A stretch of DNA of 64,000 nt from an uncultured Candidatus Binatia bacterium (lineage in GTDB: Bacteria; Desulfobacterota; Binatia; UBA9968; JAJDTQ01). The position numbers and the translations under genes were made by a program. Below the pieces are notes generated by a model. It saw only the letters and a list, made by a program, of their open reading frames with translations, was not told the origin of the DNA and searched no databases. Positions 29,067 to 38,846 of this stretch are shown here, piece after piece (the first letter of the stretch is position 1; every line of letters begins with the position of its first letter). The DNA lies in the NCBI GenBank assembly GCA_965215605.1, contig OZ244070.1, positions 704,001 to 768,000 on the forward strand, in the 5' to 3' direction.

Positions 29067-30371
29067 TCAGGGGCTGGCTTCATTGCTCCGTGCCTTGGTG
29101 GTGACCACCAGCAGCACCAGCATGACCGCCAGCAGAAATGCGCAGCTCAGCCCAAGGGACCACTGGATGCCGATGACGCCGCCCGCGATCCCCACGGTGA
29201 CGCCGCTGAAGGTGCGCAGCCCGAGGCCGGACATGATGAACAGGCCGATGAGCTGGCCGCGCAGGTGGGCCGGAGAGACGAGCTGCACCAGGGTCTGCGA
29301 CATGGTCAGGTAGGCCAGGTTGAGGAAGCCGGCGGCGAACAGAAGCGCCACCGCCAGATAGTAGTGACGCGTGAACGCGAACATACCCAACGCGGCGCAC
29401 CAGAGAAGCGCCAGGACGATGGCGGTACGGGCCCGGGCCTGAAGGAACCCCCGGCTCTCCAGCAGGACGCCGCTCACGAAGGCGCCGGCGCCGTTGGCGG
29501 CGAGCAGCACGCTGTAGCCCGCCTCTCCCACCCCGAGGTTGATGGCGAACCCCGGCATCTGGGCCTGGAAGGCGTTGCCGACCACCAAGGAGGAGAGTCC
29601 CACCAGACACACCATCGAGACGATGACGCGGTTGCTCCGGGCCTCCCGGAGCGCCTCCAGGGCCCGGGCCCAGGTGACCCGGCGCGCCTGCACCGCCTCG
29701 GCGCCGCGGCCGGTATAGGGGACCCGCGACAGCCACCAGGTCAAGGGTATGTAAAAGAGGGCGTTCACCACCAAACTCCACCCTGCTCCCATCCAACGCA
29801 TCATGTAGCCACCCAGCGCGGGCCCCGCGAGGATCCCCAGTTGCCGGCTGGTGGCGCTGAGGCGGACGGCGCTCTGGAGATGCTCCGGACCCACCATGTC
29901 ATGGAGGATGAGCTGGCTCCCCGGACTCCACAAGACGCCGGCGATGCCGTGCACCACCAGCAGCGCGCAGGCGTGCCACACGCGGAGCGTCCCGGTCATG
30001 ATGAAGTACGCCCAGGCGATGGTGAGGACGAAATAGAGAACCATCGCCCACTGGATCACCCGGCGGCAGTCGAAGCGGTCCGACAGGAGGCCGACGTACC
30101 ACGACAGCAGCAGGAACGGCGACCAGTGGCTGATGACGGCAAACCCCTGCAGTTCCTCCCACTTGAACAGGTCGTAGATCACCCAGTAGCTGATCACGTG
30201 CTCGATGTTGTCGGCCATCATGGCCAGCATGGTGTAGGAGAAGTAGGCGCGGAAGTGCGGTTGCCGGAGGGCGCCGAAGGACACGCTGGACTGTTTCACA
30301 TCCTTGAGGGACCGCTTCTCCGTGGGATCGTTTGCGGGATCGCCGGGCGGTGTGGGTGACGATGGCGGCAC
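29067..30371 (-). CDS. MFS transporter
   Basis: Multiple TM helices, GLLSDRFDCRR motif A, LRGQLIG. Confidence 0.9.
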   Translation of the reverse strand: MPPSSPTPPGDPANDPTEKRSLKDVKQSSVSFGALRQPHFRAYFSYTMLAMMADNIEHVISYWVIYDLFKWEELQGFAVISHWSPFLLLSWYVGLLSDRFDCRRVIQWAMVLYFVLTIAWAYFIMTGTLRVWHACALLVVHGIAGVLWSPGSQLILHDMVGPEHLQSAVRLSATSRQLGILAGPALGGYMMRWMGAGWSLVVNALFYIPLTWWLSRVPYTGRGAEAVQARRVTWARALEALREARSNRVIVSMVCLVGLSSLVVGNAFQAQMPGFAINLGVGEAGYSVLLAANGAGAFVSGVLLESRGFLQARARTAIVLALLWCAALGMFAFTRHYYLAVALLFAAGFLNLAYLTMSQTLVQLVSPAHLRGQLIGLFIMSGLGLRTFSGVTVGIAGGVIGIQWSLGLSCAFLLAVMLVLLVVTTKARSNEASP

Positions 30372-30535
30372 GCCCGCAGTGTGGCACGAAGCCCGTCATG
30401 GAGACAAGATCCAGACCTCGGACGGTCCACAAGACCGTTGCCTTTCGGCCGGGGTTTGTGGTAGTGGTTCCTCAAATGGGCGGCCTTCTTGCGCGGCCCG
30501 GTCAACACGCAAATCCCAAAGACAAGGAGAGCACG

Positions 30536-31453
30536 ATGAAGAAGCTGGTTCTTGAGAGCACCGCACCGTTTCAGGGCTTGTGTGAGTTGGTGGCCTATAA
30601 AGAGGGCCTGTTCGAGAAGGAAGGGCTTGAGATCGAGTTCGCCGACCGCGGGACGGGAGACAAGGACACCCACACCGATGTCATCGATCCCAAGGACGCG
30701 AATCCCCATGCGAGTCACGGCATGCTCTTCGAGCAGGGCAAGGCCGACATGTACAACGCCTGCGAATGGGGCAACTACTGCCGTGTGCAGGACTCCAGCG
30801 TGGACACCGGCCGGCAGATCGGCAGGCGTTCCATCATCGCCTACGCCGGACTCGTGGTACGGCCCGATTCACCGGTCTACACGGCTCAGCAGCTCGCCGA
30901 CCGGCTGGTGGGAGTACCGTTCTTCTTCGGCACCCACTATCTGACGCTCCACATGCTGGAGGGCTTCCTCACCCGTGACGCGATCAAACTCTGCCAAGCT
31001 CCGCGCGGCTCCCGCCACCGTCTCGAATCGGTGATGAAGGGGGAGATCGAAGCCACGCCGCTGACCGAGCCCTACCTCACGCTGGCCGAGAAGAAGGGTT
31101 GCCGCATCGTCGTCTCCGCTTCTCTCCACGGCACCGAGGTCGCCTCCGACAACGTGGACGCGGAGACCTACGGGATGTTCAACCGAGCCGTGCGCGAGGC
31201 CGTACGCCGCGTCAACGCCGACAAGAAGAAGTACATGCAGTACTTCATCGACTACCACAGCGACGATCCGGAGATCGCCGCCCTGACCGCGGACGAGTTG
31301 CGCGAGAGCCGCATCGTGGTGGTGGACCCGGCGCCGATTCCCGCCGACGAGCTGGAGCGCACCGCGGCCTGGATCAAGAGCTGGGGCATGCTGGACGAGC
31401 AACTGGCCCCCACGGAACTGGTGAACCTCGACGTCCAGGAGTCGGCTCACTAG
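30536..31453 (+). CDS. NMT1/THI5-like periplasmic-binding-protein fold, no signal peptide
   Basis: VAYKEGLFEKEGLEIEF, LVVRPDSPV; AAGGAG RBS before ATG 30536. Confidence 0.75.
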   Translation: MKKLVLESTAPFQGLCELVAYKEGLFEKEGLEIEFADRGTGDKDTHTDVIDPKDANPHASHGMLFEQGKADMYNACEWGNYCRVQDSSVDTGRQIGRRSIIAYAGLVVRPDSPVYTAQQLADRLVGVPFFFGTHYLTLHMLEGFLTRDAIKLCQAPRGSRHRLESVMKGEIEATPLTEPYLTLAEKKGCRIVVSASLHGTEVASDNVDAETYGMFNRAVREAVRRVNADKKKYMQYFIDYHSDDPEIAALTADELRESRIVVVDPAPIPADELERTAAWIKSWGMLDEQLAPTELVNLDVQESAH

Positions 31454-31509
31454 AACCGCCCGCGCTTGCGCCGCTCCGGGACGGTTCTCCCAAAGGACTG
31501 CCCGGAAAC

Positions 31510-32358
31510 ATGCACACAGCAGCAGCCAATTTCATCCGAATCGGGAAGGTCCACACGGGCCTTCCCGATTTTGTTTTGCCGAAGCCGGCGTCGCGCCGGC
31601 CGGGGATAGGTCCGAAGCCTCGCCGGACGCTGGCGGCAGCGACGCTGGCGCTGGCCGCTCTCTGGTTCGTCGCCGGCAACGCCGCGGGAGAGTCCGGCGG
31701 CCGTCTCGCCGCATCGCGCCCTCTTCCCCACAAGACCGGAACCCTTGCCGGGACGGTGCGCCTTTCCGGCCCGCCGCCTCCTCCCGGCGTCCTGCGAGTG
31801 CACAAGGAGCAGGCCTTCTGCGGCTCCCTGGTGCCCGACGAGAGCCTGGTGGTGGCTTCCGGAGGCGCCTTGAAGAACGTCGTCGTCACCCTGCAAGGGC
31901 CGGGCCTCGACGGGCGCACGGGGCAACCCCGGAATCTCCTGCTCGACAACATCGGCTGCCGGTTCGCGCCCCACGTCCAGGCCGCCCCGGTTGGCAGCCG
32001 CCTGCTGCTCTTGAACAGCGACGTCATACTCCACGACGCCCACGCCCGGGTCGGACCCCGGACCCTGTTCAACGACGGGATACCCCGCTGGCGCCGGGTG
32101 ACGAGGACACTCCGGCAGCCCGGCCTCGTAAGGATCATCTGCGAGCTGCACCACGCCTGGATGAACGCCTACATCGTGGTGACGCCGGACCGGTTCTTCG
32201 CGGTGACAGGCTCCCGCGGCCGCTACGCCATCGACGGCATCCCGCCGGGAACCTACGATGTGCGTTTTTGGCACGAACGATTGGGTGAGGTATCGCAGCG
32301 GGTGGTGGTGGGCCCGGGAACGACGCAACGTCACGACGTCACGCTGCCCATGCGGTAA
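31510..32358 (+). CDS. Exported carboxypeptidase-regulatory-like/cupredoxin-like domain protein (start uncertain)
   Basis: Signal-like segment, CRFAPHV, NSDVILH, CELHHAWM, GIPPGTY..WHERLG. Confidence 0.7.
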   Translation: MHTAAANFIRIGKVHTGLPDFVLPKPASRRPGIGPKPRRTLAAATLALAALWFVAGNAAGESGGRLAASRPLPHKTGTLAGTVRLSGPPPPPGVLRVHKEQAFCGSLVPDESLVVASGGALKNVVVTLQGPGLDGRTGQPRNLLLDNIGCRFAPHVQAAPVGSRLLLLNSDVILHDAHARVGPRTLFNDGIPRWRRVTRTLRQPGLVRIICELHHAWMNAYIVVTPDRFFAVTGSRGRYAIDGIPPGTYDVRFWHERLGEVSQRVVVGPGTTQRHDVTLPMR

Positions 32359-32395
32359 GGCGGGAAAGCGCCCGCCGGCGAGGCCGTGGGACCCC

Positions 32396-33070
32396 TTACC
32401 AGGTGGAGGGAATACTGGCGCGCAACCGCCGGACCCCTTCGGCGGCGCCGCCGGGCGCCTTGTAGACCGAGGAGCCGGCCACCAGCAGCGTGGCGCCTGC
32501 CGCGACGACCCGGGCGGCATTGTCCGGCCCCACCCCGCCGTCGATCTCGATGGCGGTTTCCAGACCCCGCTCATCCAGCCTGCGCTTGAGGCGGCGCACC
32601 TTGTCCACGCTGTTCTCGATGAAGCTCTGGCCGCCGAACCCGGGGTTCACGCTCATGATGAGGACCTGGTCCAGGTCCGGCAGGATGTCCTCCAGTGCCG
32701 TCAGCGGCGTGGCGGGATTGAGCACCACCCCGGCCTTGCTGCCCAGCGACTTGATCTGCTGCACCGTGCGATGGAGGTGCGGACACGCCTCCTGGTGGAC
32801 CAGGAGGGTGCCGGCGCCGGCCTTGGCGAAGTCCTCCAGGTAGCGATCCGGTTCCACGATCATCAGGTGCACGTCCAGCGGCAGCGTGGTGCTGCGGCGG
32901 GCGGCCTCCACCAGGAGCGGGCCGATGGTGATGTTGGGGACGAAACGGCCGTCCATCACGTCCACGTGAATCGCATCCGCTCCCGCTTCGTCCACCTCGG
33001 CGATCTGCTGTCCGAGAATGCAGAAGTCCGCGGAGAGAATGGACGGAAGAATGCTAACGTGCTTGCCCAT
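32396..33070 (-). CDS. rpe: Ribulose-phosphate 3-epimerase
   Basis: [34 protein letters not shown]. Confidence 0.96.
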   Translation of the reverse strand: MGKHVSILPSILSADFCILGQQIAEVDEAGADAIHVDVMDGRFVPNITIGPLLVEAARRSTTLPLDVHLMIVEPDRYLEDFAKAGAGTLLVHQEACPHLHRTVQQIKSLGSKAGVVLNPATPLTALEDILPDLDQVLIMSVNPGFGGQSFIENSVDKVRRLKRRLDERGLETAIEIDGGVGPDNAARVVAAGATLLVAGSSVYKAPGGAAEGVRRLRASIPSTW

Positions 33071-34196
33071 GGTCCGCCGCCTTCCGGCATTCCTCCTCCA
33101 CCGCCGCGAGCAGCTTGTCGAAGGCCTCGGAGAAGAGCTTCACTCCGTCCTCCAGGAGCTTGTCGGTGATTTCCTTCATGGACACGCCCGCGCGCTCGAG
33201 GCCATCCATGGTCGCGGCCGCGTCTTCGACGGCCTCCTCGAGGCTCTTGCGAATCTCCCCGTGATCGCGGAACGCGTCCAGCGTCGCCGGCGGAATCGTA
33301 TTCACCGTGTCCTCGCCGATGAGCTCGTCGACATACAGGACATCCGGGTAGTCGGGGTTCTTGGTGCTGGTGCTGGCCCACAAGAGCCGCTGGGGCCGGG
33401 CGCCCTTGCCGGCCAGCGCCTGCCAGCCCTCGCCTTGCATGATCTCCTTGTAGCGCTTGTAGGTGAGCTTGGCGTTGGCGATGGCGACCTTGCCCATGAG
33501 CGCCCGCAGGCTTTCTTTTTGCGCCTCATCCGCGGTTTCGAGCCGTTTCTCGAGGGTACCATCCACCAAGCTGTCGATGCGGGAGATGAAGAAGCTCGCT
33601 ACGCTGGCGATGCGGCCCACGTCCAGTCCGTCGGCCGCCGCCTTGGCCAGCCCGCGGATGTAGGCCTGGGCCACCTGCTCGTAAGCTTCCCTTGCGAACA
33701 GCAGCGTCACGTTGACGCTGATGCCCTCCCCGATCAACTGCTCGATGGCCGGCACCCCTTCGGGCGTGCCGGGCACCTTGATCAGCAGATTGTCCCGCGA
33801 AACGGTGTTCCACAGCCGCCGCGCCTCCGCCACGGTCCCCTCGGTGTCGTGGGCCAGATAAGGAGACACTTCCAGGCTGACGTATCCGTCGCGCCGCCCG
33901 GTGTCGTCGTATACCGGCCGCAACACGTCCGCCGCGTCCTGGATGTCCCGGGTGGCGATGGCCTCGTACACCCCCTTGGGGTCCGGCGACCCGTCGCTGC
34001 CCATCTCCGCGATGATATCGTCGTAGTCGTCGCTGTCCGCGACGGCCTTCTCGAAGATGGCCGGATTGGACGTGACGCCCTTGAGTCCGTCCTCTTCCAC
34101 CAGGCGCTTCAGCTCGCCGCCGGTGAGGAGCTTCCGCTGGATGAAGTCCAGCCAGACCGACTGCCCATGTTCGCTCAATGCCTTCAACGGGTTCAT
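33054..34196 (-). CDS. tal: Transaldolase
   Basis: [31 protein letters not shown]. Confidence 0.95.
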   Translation of the reverse strand: MNPLKALSEHGQSVWLDFIQRKLLTGGELKRLVEEDGLKGVTSNPAIFEKAVADSDDYDDIIAEMGSDGSPDPKGVYEAIATRDIQDAADVLRPVYDDTGRRDGYVSLEVSPYLAHDTEGTVAEARRLWNTVSRDNLLIKVPGTPEGVPAIEQLIGEGISVNVTLLFAREAYEQVAQAYIRGLAKAAADGLDVGRIASVASFFISRIDSLVDGTLEKRLETADEAQKESLRALMGKVAIANAKLTYKRYKEIMQGEGWQALAGKGARPQRLLWASTSTKNPDYPDVLYVDELIGEDTVNTIPPATLDAFRDHGEIRKSLEEAVEDAAATMDGLERAGVSMKEITDKLLEDGVKLFSEAFDKLLAAVEEECRKAADHGQAR

Positions 34197-34239
34197 GTTG
34201 CCTCCAAGCCGCCTGCCCGGACGGGTTCGCCGCCCGCCG

Positions 34240-36303
34240 CTACCGCGCCCGGCCGATCTGTTCCTTGGCCGCTGCGACCACGTCGTCCGCGGTAAAGCCG
34301 AATTTCTTCTGCAGGTCCTTGAGCGGCGCCGATGCGCCGAAGGACCGCATGCCGATCTGGTGTCCGCCGATGCCGGTGTACTTGGTCCAGCCGAACACCG
34401 AGGCCTGCTCCACCGACACCCGGGCCGTCACCTCCGGCGGGATCACGCTGTTCCGATAGCTCTCGTGCTGATCGTCGAACAGCTCCCAGCAGGGCATGCT
34501 CACCACCCGCGCCTTGATTCCCTCCGCCGCCAGCGCCTCGTAGGCCGCCACGCACAACGACACCTCGCTGCCGGTGGCGAGCAGCAGGACGTCGGGCTCG
34601 CCGTCCGGCGCATCCGCCAGCACGTAGGCGCCCCGGGCGACGCCGTCCGCCGAGGCGTAGCGGGCGCGGTCCAGGGTCGGCAGCGCCTGGCGTGTCACCA
34701 CCAGCACCGCCGGCTCGTGGTGCGCCTCCATGACCACCTTCCAGGCCGCCGTGACCTCGTTGGCGTCCGCCGGCCGGATCACCAGCAGGCCCGGCACCGC
34801 CCGCAGCGAGGCCAGATGCTCCACCGGCTGGTGCGTCGGACCGTCCTCCCCCACCCCGATGGAGTCATGGGTGAAGATGTGGACCACGGGCAACTCCATG
34901 AGGGCGCTCAGGCGGATGGCGCCCCGGGCATAGTCGCTGAAGATCAGGAAGCCCGACCCGTAGGCGCGCACCTTCACCAGCGCCATGCCGTTCAGGACAG
35001 ACGCCATGGCGTGCTCCCGCACGCCGAAATGGAGGTTCCGCCCGGCCGGGGTCTCCGCCGAGAAGTCGCCGGCCCCCTCGAAGGTCAGGCGGGTCTTGGT
35101 GGAGGGCGCCAGGTCGGCGGCGCCGCCCATGAGCCACGGGACGTTCCCCGCCAGGGTGTTCAGCACCTTGCCGGAGGCGTCGCGGCCCGACAGCCCCTTG
35201 GGGTCCGCGGGGAATTCGGGCAGGTCCCGGTCCCATCCCTCGGGAAGCTGACGGTGCTGCATCCGGAAGAGCTCGTCCGCAAGCTCCGGATACCGTGTCC
35301 GGTAGTCTTCGAGGCGGTCGAACCACGCGTCGCGCAGGGACTTGCCGCGAGATCCCATGCCTCGCCGGAAATGCTCCCGCACGCCGTCGGGGACGTGGAA
35401 CTGGGCGTCCTCGGGCCAGCCGTAGCGCCTCTTGGTGAGCTTGACTTCCTCTTCGCCCAGGGGCTCGCCGTGGGCGCCGCTGGTGTCCTGCTTGTTGGGC
35501 GAGCCGTAGCCGATGTGGCTGTCCACGATCACCAGGGTCGGCCGGTCCGTGGTGTCGTGGAACGTGCGGAAGGCCCGCTCCAGCATCTCCAGGTCGTTGG
35601 CGTCGCCGACCCGGACCACGTTCCAGCCGTAGCCCAGGAAGCGGGTGGCGACGTCGTCGGAGAAGGCCAGCGCGGTGTGGCCCTCGATGGTGATCCGGTT
35701 GTTGTCGTAGATCCAGCAGAGCTTGGACAGCCTCAGGTGTCCGGCCAGCGACGCCGCCTCGTTGGTCACGCCTTCCATCATGCAGCCGTCGCCGCACAGG
35801 GCGTACACCTCGAAGTCGACAAGATCCTCGAAGCCGGGCCGGTCGTAGCGGCTGGCCATCCAGCTCCCGGCGATGGCCATGCCCACGCTGGTGGCGACCC
35901 CCTGCCCCAAGGGTCCGGTGGTGGTCTCCACTCCGGAGGTCCAGCGGTACTCCGGGTGGCCGGGACAGCGGCTGTCGAGCTGGCGGAACTGCTTCAAGGC
36001 TTCCAGCGGGACGGACAGGGAACCCAGGGTCTCGTAGTCCTTGCTGACCGCCTTGGTCCCGGTCAGGTGGAGCATCGAGTACAGCAGCATGGACGCGTGC
36101 CCCGCCGACAGCACGAACCGGTCCCGATTGGGCCAGATGGGATCGTCGGGATCGAACCGCAGGAAACGCTGCCACAGGCAATAAGCCACCGGCGCCATGG
36201 CCATGGGCGTGCCCGGGTGCCCGGAGTTGGCCTGCTGGACCCCGTCGATGGAGAGGGTGCGGATCGTGTTGATGCACAGCTCGTCGAGATTGGCGTCGCT
36301 CAT
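34240..36303 (-). CDS. tkt: Transketolase
   Basis: SGHPG, TTGPLGQG, GDGCMMEG, GEDGPTHQP; start at ATG 36303. Confidence 0.96.
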   Translation of the reverse strand: MSDANLDELCINTIRTLSIDGVQQANSGHPGTPMAMAPVAYCLWQRFLRFDPDDPIWPNRDRFVLSAGHASMLLYSMLHLTGTKAVSKDYETLGSLSVPLEALKQFRQLDSRCPGHPEYRWTSGVETTTGPLGQGVATSVGMAIAGSWMASRYDRPGFEDLVDFEVYALCGDGCMMEGVTNEAASLAGHLRLSKLCWIYDNNRITIEGHTALAFSDDVATRFLGYGWNVVRVGDANDLEMLERAFRTFHDTTDRPTLVIVDSHIGYGSPNKQDTSGAHGEPLGEEEVKLTKRRYGWPEDAQFHVPDGVREHFRRGMGSRGKSLRDAWFDRLEDYRTRYPELADELFRMQHRQLPEGWDRDLPEFPADPKGLSGRDASGKVLNTLAGNVPWLMGGAADLAPSTKTRLTFEGAGDFSAETPAGRNLHFGVREHAMASVLNGMALVKVRAYGSGFLIFSDYARGAIRLSALMELPVVHIFTHDSIGVGEDGPTHQPVEHLASLRAVPGLLVIRPADANEVTAAWKVVMEAHHEPAVLVVTRQALPTLDRARYASADGVARGAYVLADAPDGEPDVLLLATGSEVSLCVAAYEALAAEGIKARVVSMPCWELFDDQHESYRNSVIPPEVTARVSVEQASVFGWTKYTGIGGHQIGMRSFGASAPLKDLQKKFGFTADDVVAAAKEQIGRAR

Positions 36304-36440
36304 GGACGATGGACTCCTTTGAAGACCTGGTTGGCGACTCTCTTTCAACAAGTTTGCCAGATGAGTCCGGCCGCATACAACGCGTATCAACGCTTTCGAT
36401 TGGATTTTTCCCTCGCCAACCGATAATCTCCGGAATCCCC

Positions 36441-38087
36441 ATGGAAAACTTCACTCCGGCGGAACGCGAGCGACTCGCCCCGTTCTTCACCAACGTGGAC
36501 CGGCCGGTTTTCGGCCTCAGACTGCCGCAGGAGGTGGCCGGGGCGCTGTTCTCGCGCTACAGCCGCTCGGCCAAGGACCTCCGGCGCACGTTTCTGGACG
36601 AGTTCCTGGGCGACGCGGACCTCTCCACCATCCTGGACACGCCGGCCCCGGCCGCCGGCGACGACCCGGCCGTGCGCCGCGCGCGCGCCTTCTACGACCG
36701 CGTGCTCGTGGGATACGGCGACGACTCGGTGGCCCAGCTCGGCGGCGCCCACGTCGCCTGCGAGGATATCTCCAACGTGGCCGCCAAGGCTCTCGAGGAC
36801 GCGCGGATCGGTATTGCGCCGCTGGAGAAGTCCACCCGTTACGTCCGTTTCGACCGGAAGGACGCCTCCGGCCGGCACCTGTTCTTCGTCGAGCCGACCC
36901 TGGCCCGGTCGAAACACGGCGACGACTACCTGGAGCTCATGGAGCTCCTGTTCGACGCCTACTCGCGGCAGATGGAGCCCATGATCGAGCATGTCCGGAA
37001 GTCCGTTCCACTGGAGGAAACGGAACTGCGGCACCCCGGCACCGGTGAGACCGTCGCCTACGCCGAAGCCCGCAAGGACGGGAAGCTCGCCCGCTGGGCG
37101 GAGACAGCGTATCGATCCACGGTACGGGCCCATGCCTGCGATATCCTGCGAGGCTATCTGCCGGCAGCGACCCGCACCAACGTCGGCCTGTTCGGGGTGG
37201 GACAGGCCTTCGAATACCTGTTGTCCAAATGCCACTCCAGCGACCTCGCGGAGCTCCGCGACCTGGGCGGCGCCATGGGCCGGGAACTGGACACGCTGAT
37301 CCCCTCGTTCGTGAAGCGGGCTCAGCCCAGCCCGTACCTGTCGGAGACGTTCAGCCACACCCGCTCGCTGGCGGAGGAGTTGGTGACCGAACCCGCGCGG
37401 GAAGGCCCGAGCGTCACATTGGTGGATCACGACGGACAGGCGGAAGAGAGGATCATCGCCGCCATCCTGTATCCCCACGCGACGCACCCGCTGTCACAAC
37501 TGAGGGAACTGGCGGCGGGGCTGCCGGATGAGCGGAAGCAGGCGGTGCTCGACGTCTACATGAAGGGCCGGCGGCACCGGCGCGAGAAGCCGGGGCGCGC
37601 ACTGGAGCAAGTCTATTACACCTTCGACATCATCGGGAATCTCGGCGCCTACCGGGACCTCCAGCGGCATCGCCTGCTGAGCCAGGAACGGCAGGACTTC
37701 ACCACCGCCCACGGCTACGACACCCCGCCGGAGATCGCGGAAGCGGGATTCGGCGGCGAGTACCGGCACTGCATGGACCTCGCCGCCGAAGTCCATGAAC
37801 GGATCCGGAGAGACCATCCGCGGGAGTCGCAGTACGTGGTGCCGTTCGCCTATCGCACGCGATGGTACATGAAGATGAACCTGCGGGAGGCTGTGCATGT
37901 CGGCGAGTTGCGGACGATGCCGCAAGGGCATCCCGACTACCGCTGGATCACGCAGGAGATGTGGCGTCAGATTGCCGCGGTGCACCCGCGGCTGGCGGGT
38001 TACGCGCGGTTCATCGACTGGAAGACCTACCGCCTCGGGCGGCTGGCGTCCGAGCTCCGGACGGAGTTCAAGAGATCCGGCCGGTAG
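36441..38087 (+). CDS. thyX: FAD-dependent thymidylate synthase, tandem-domain type
   Basis: YGDDSVAQL, EKSTRY, RDLQRHR, ELRT..QGH; about 548 aa (two ThyX-like halves). Confidence 0.88.
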   Translation: MENFTPAERERLAPFFTNVDRPVFGLRLPQEVAGALFSRYSRSAKDLRRTFLDEFLGDADLSTILDTPAPAAGDDPAVRRARAFYDRVLVGYGDDSVAQLGGAHVACEDISNVAAKALEDARIGIAPLEKSTRYVRFDRKDASGRHLFFVEPTLARSKHGDDYLELMELLFDAYSRQMEPMIEHVRKSVPLEETELRHPGTGETVAYAEARKDGKLARWAETAYRSTVRAHACDILRGYLPAATRTNVGLFGVGQAFEYLLSKCHSSDLAELRDLGGAMGRELDTLIPSFVKRAQPSPYLSETFSHTRSLAEELVTEPAREGPSVTLVDHDGQAEERIIAAILYPHATHPLSQLRELAAGLPDERKQAVLDVYMKGRRHRREKPGRALEQVYYTFDIIGNLGAYRDLQRHRLLSQERQDFTTAHGYDTPPEIAEAGFGGEYRHCMDLAAEVHERIRRDHPRESQYVVPFAYRTRWYMKMNLREAVHVGELRTMPQGHPDYRWITQEMWRQIAAVHPRLAGYARFIDWKTYRLGRLASELRTEFKRSGR

Positions 38088-38162
38088 CAGGGGGCGGGTT
38101 TCAAACGTCTCAAACCCGCCCCTGAGGGGCGAAACGCGGCAGCTTCGCGACCCCGCCCCTAC
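38088..38162. repeat. REP-like palindromes between convergent genes
   Basis: cagggggcgggtttcaaac...caaacccgcccctg and ...ccccgcccctac. Confidence 0.6.
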
Positions 38163-38584
38163 GCCGCTTCGGCCGGGGCTTTGGCGTTGGCCTTGGCCTT
38201 GCGCCGCTTCCACTCCACCAGACCCCGCCGCAGGTAGCTGGGCTCTATTCCCAGCACGCCGCAAACGGACTCGAAGCTGAGGAAACGCTCATCGTCGACG
38301 GCGAAGATCCATTCCTCCGCGTCCCGATAGGCCGTCCGCCTCTTGGCCGTCCGGGCAAAGATATTCTTCCGGTAACAGGCGAGGGCATCCTCGAGGATGG
38401 CGAGAAGCAGGTGCTTCTCGGGCTCCAGTGGCGTCCTGCGCTGGACCGTATCCGTATACTGGTCGGCATCCACGCCATCGGCATCGAACAACGTCACGGC
38501 ATCGAAGGCATCGGCCATTGCGCGCTCCCGAGCCGGGCGGTCGCCGGGCTCCTTGTCCTGGGCCGCAAAAACTGCAACTTTCAT
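38159..38584 (-). CDS. Conserved hypothetical protein, possible C-terminal HTH
   Basis: Normal codon usage; LEPEKHLLLAILEDA...AEEWIF...SFESVCGVLGIEPSYLRRGL. Confidence 0.7.
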   Translation of the reverse strand: MKVAVFAAQDKEPGDRPARERAMADAFDAVTLFDADGVDADQYTDTVQRRTPLEPEKHLLLAILEDALACYRKNIFARTAKRRTAYRDAEEWIFAVDDERFLSFESVCGVLGIEPSYLRRGLVEWKRRKAKANAKAPAEAA

Positions 38585-38846
38585 AGTGACTTCCGTATCT
38601 TCCCTCATCGCTGGCACCGTCCGTTCCGATTAGACTGAAACCGGTTCCCGTGCCCCCCTCCAACCTTCCCTCACTGAGAAAAATCTAAGGTTCCGGCCGG
38701 ACTCTGTCAAGGAATTCTTTCGGACCGCGCAAACAAATAATCGCAATTCTCGAAGAACTAATCTGAAAAATGCAACATTTCGTGCCGCACGATTCCGCCA
38801 TGATGGTTGCCATTCCCGCGACGCACCAGTAAACCAACTCGATATA

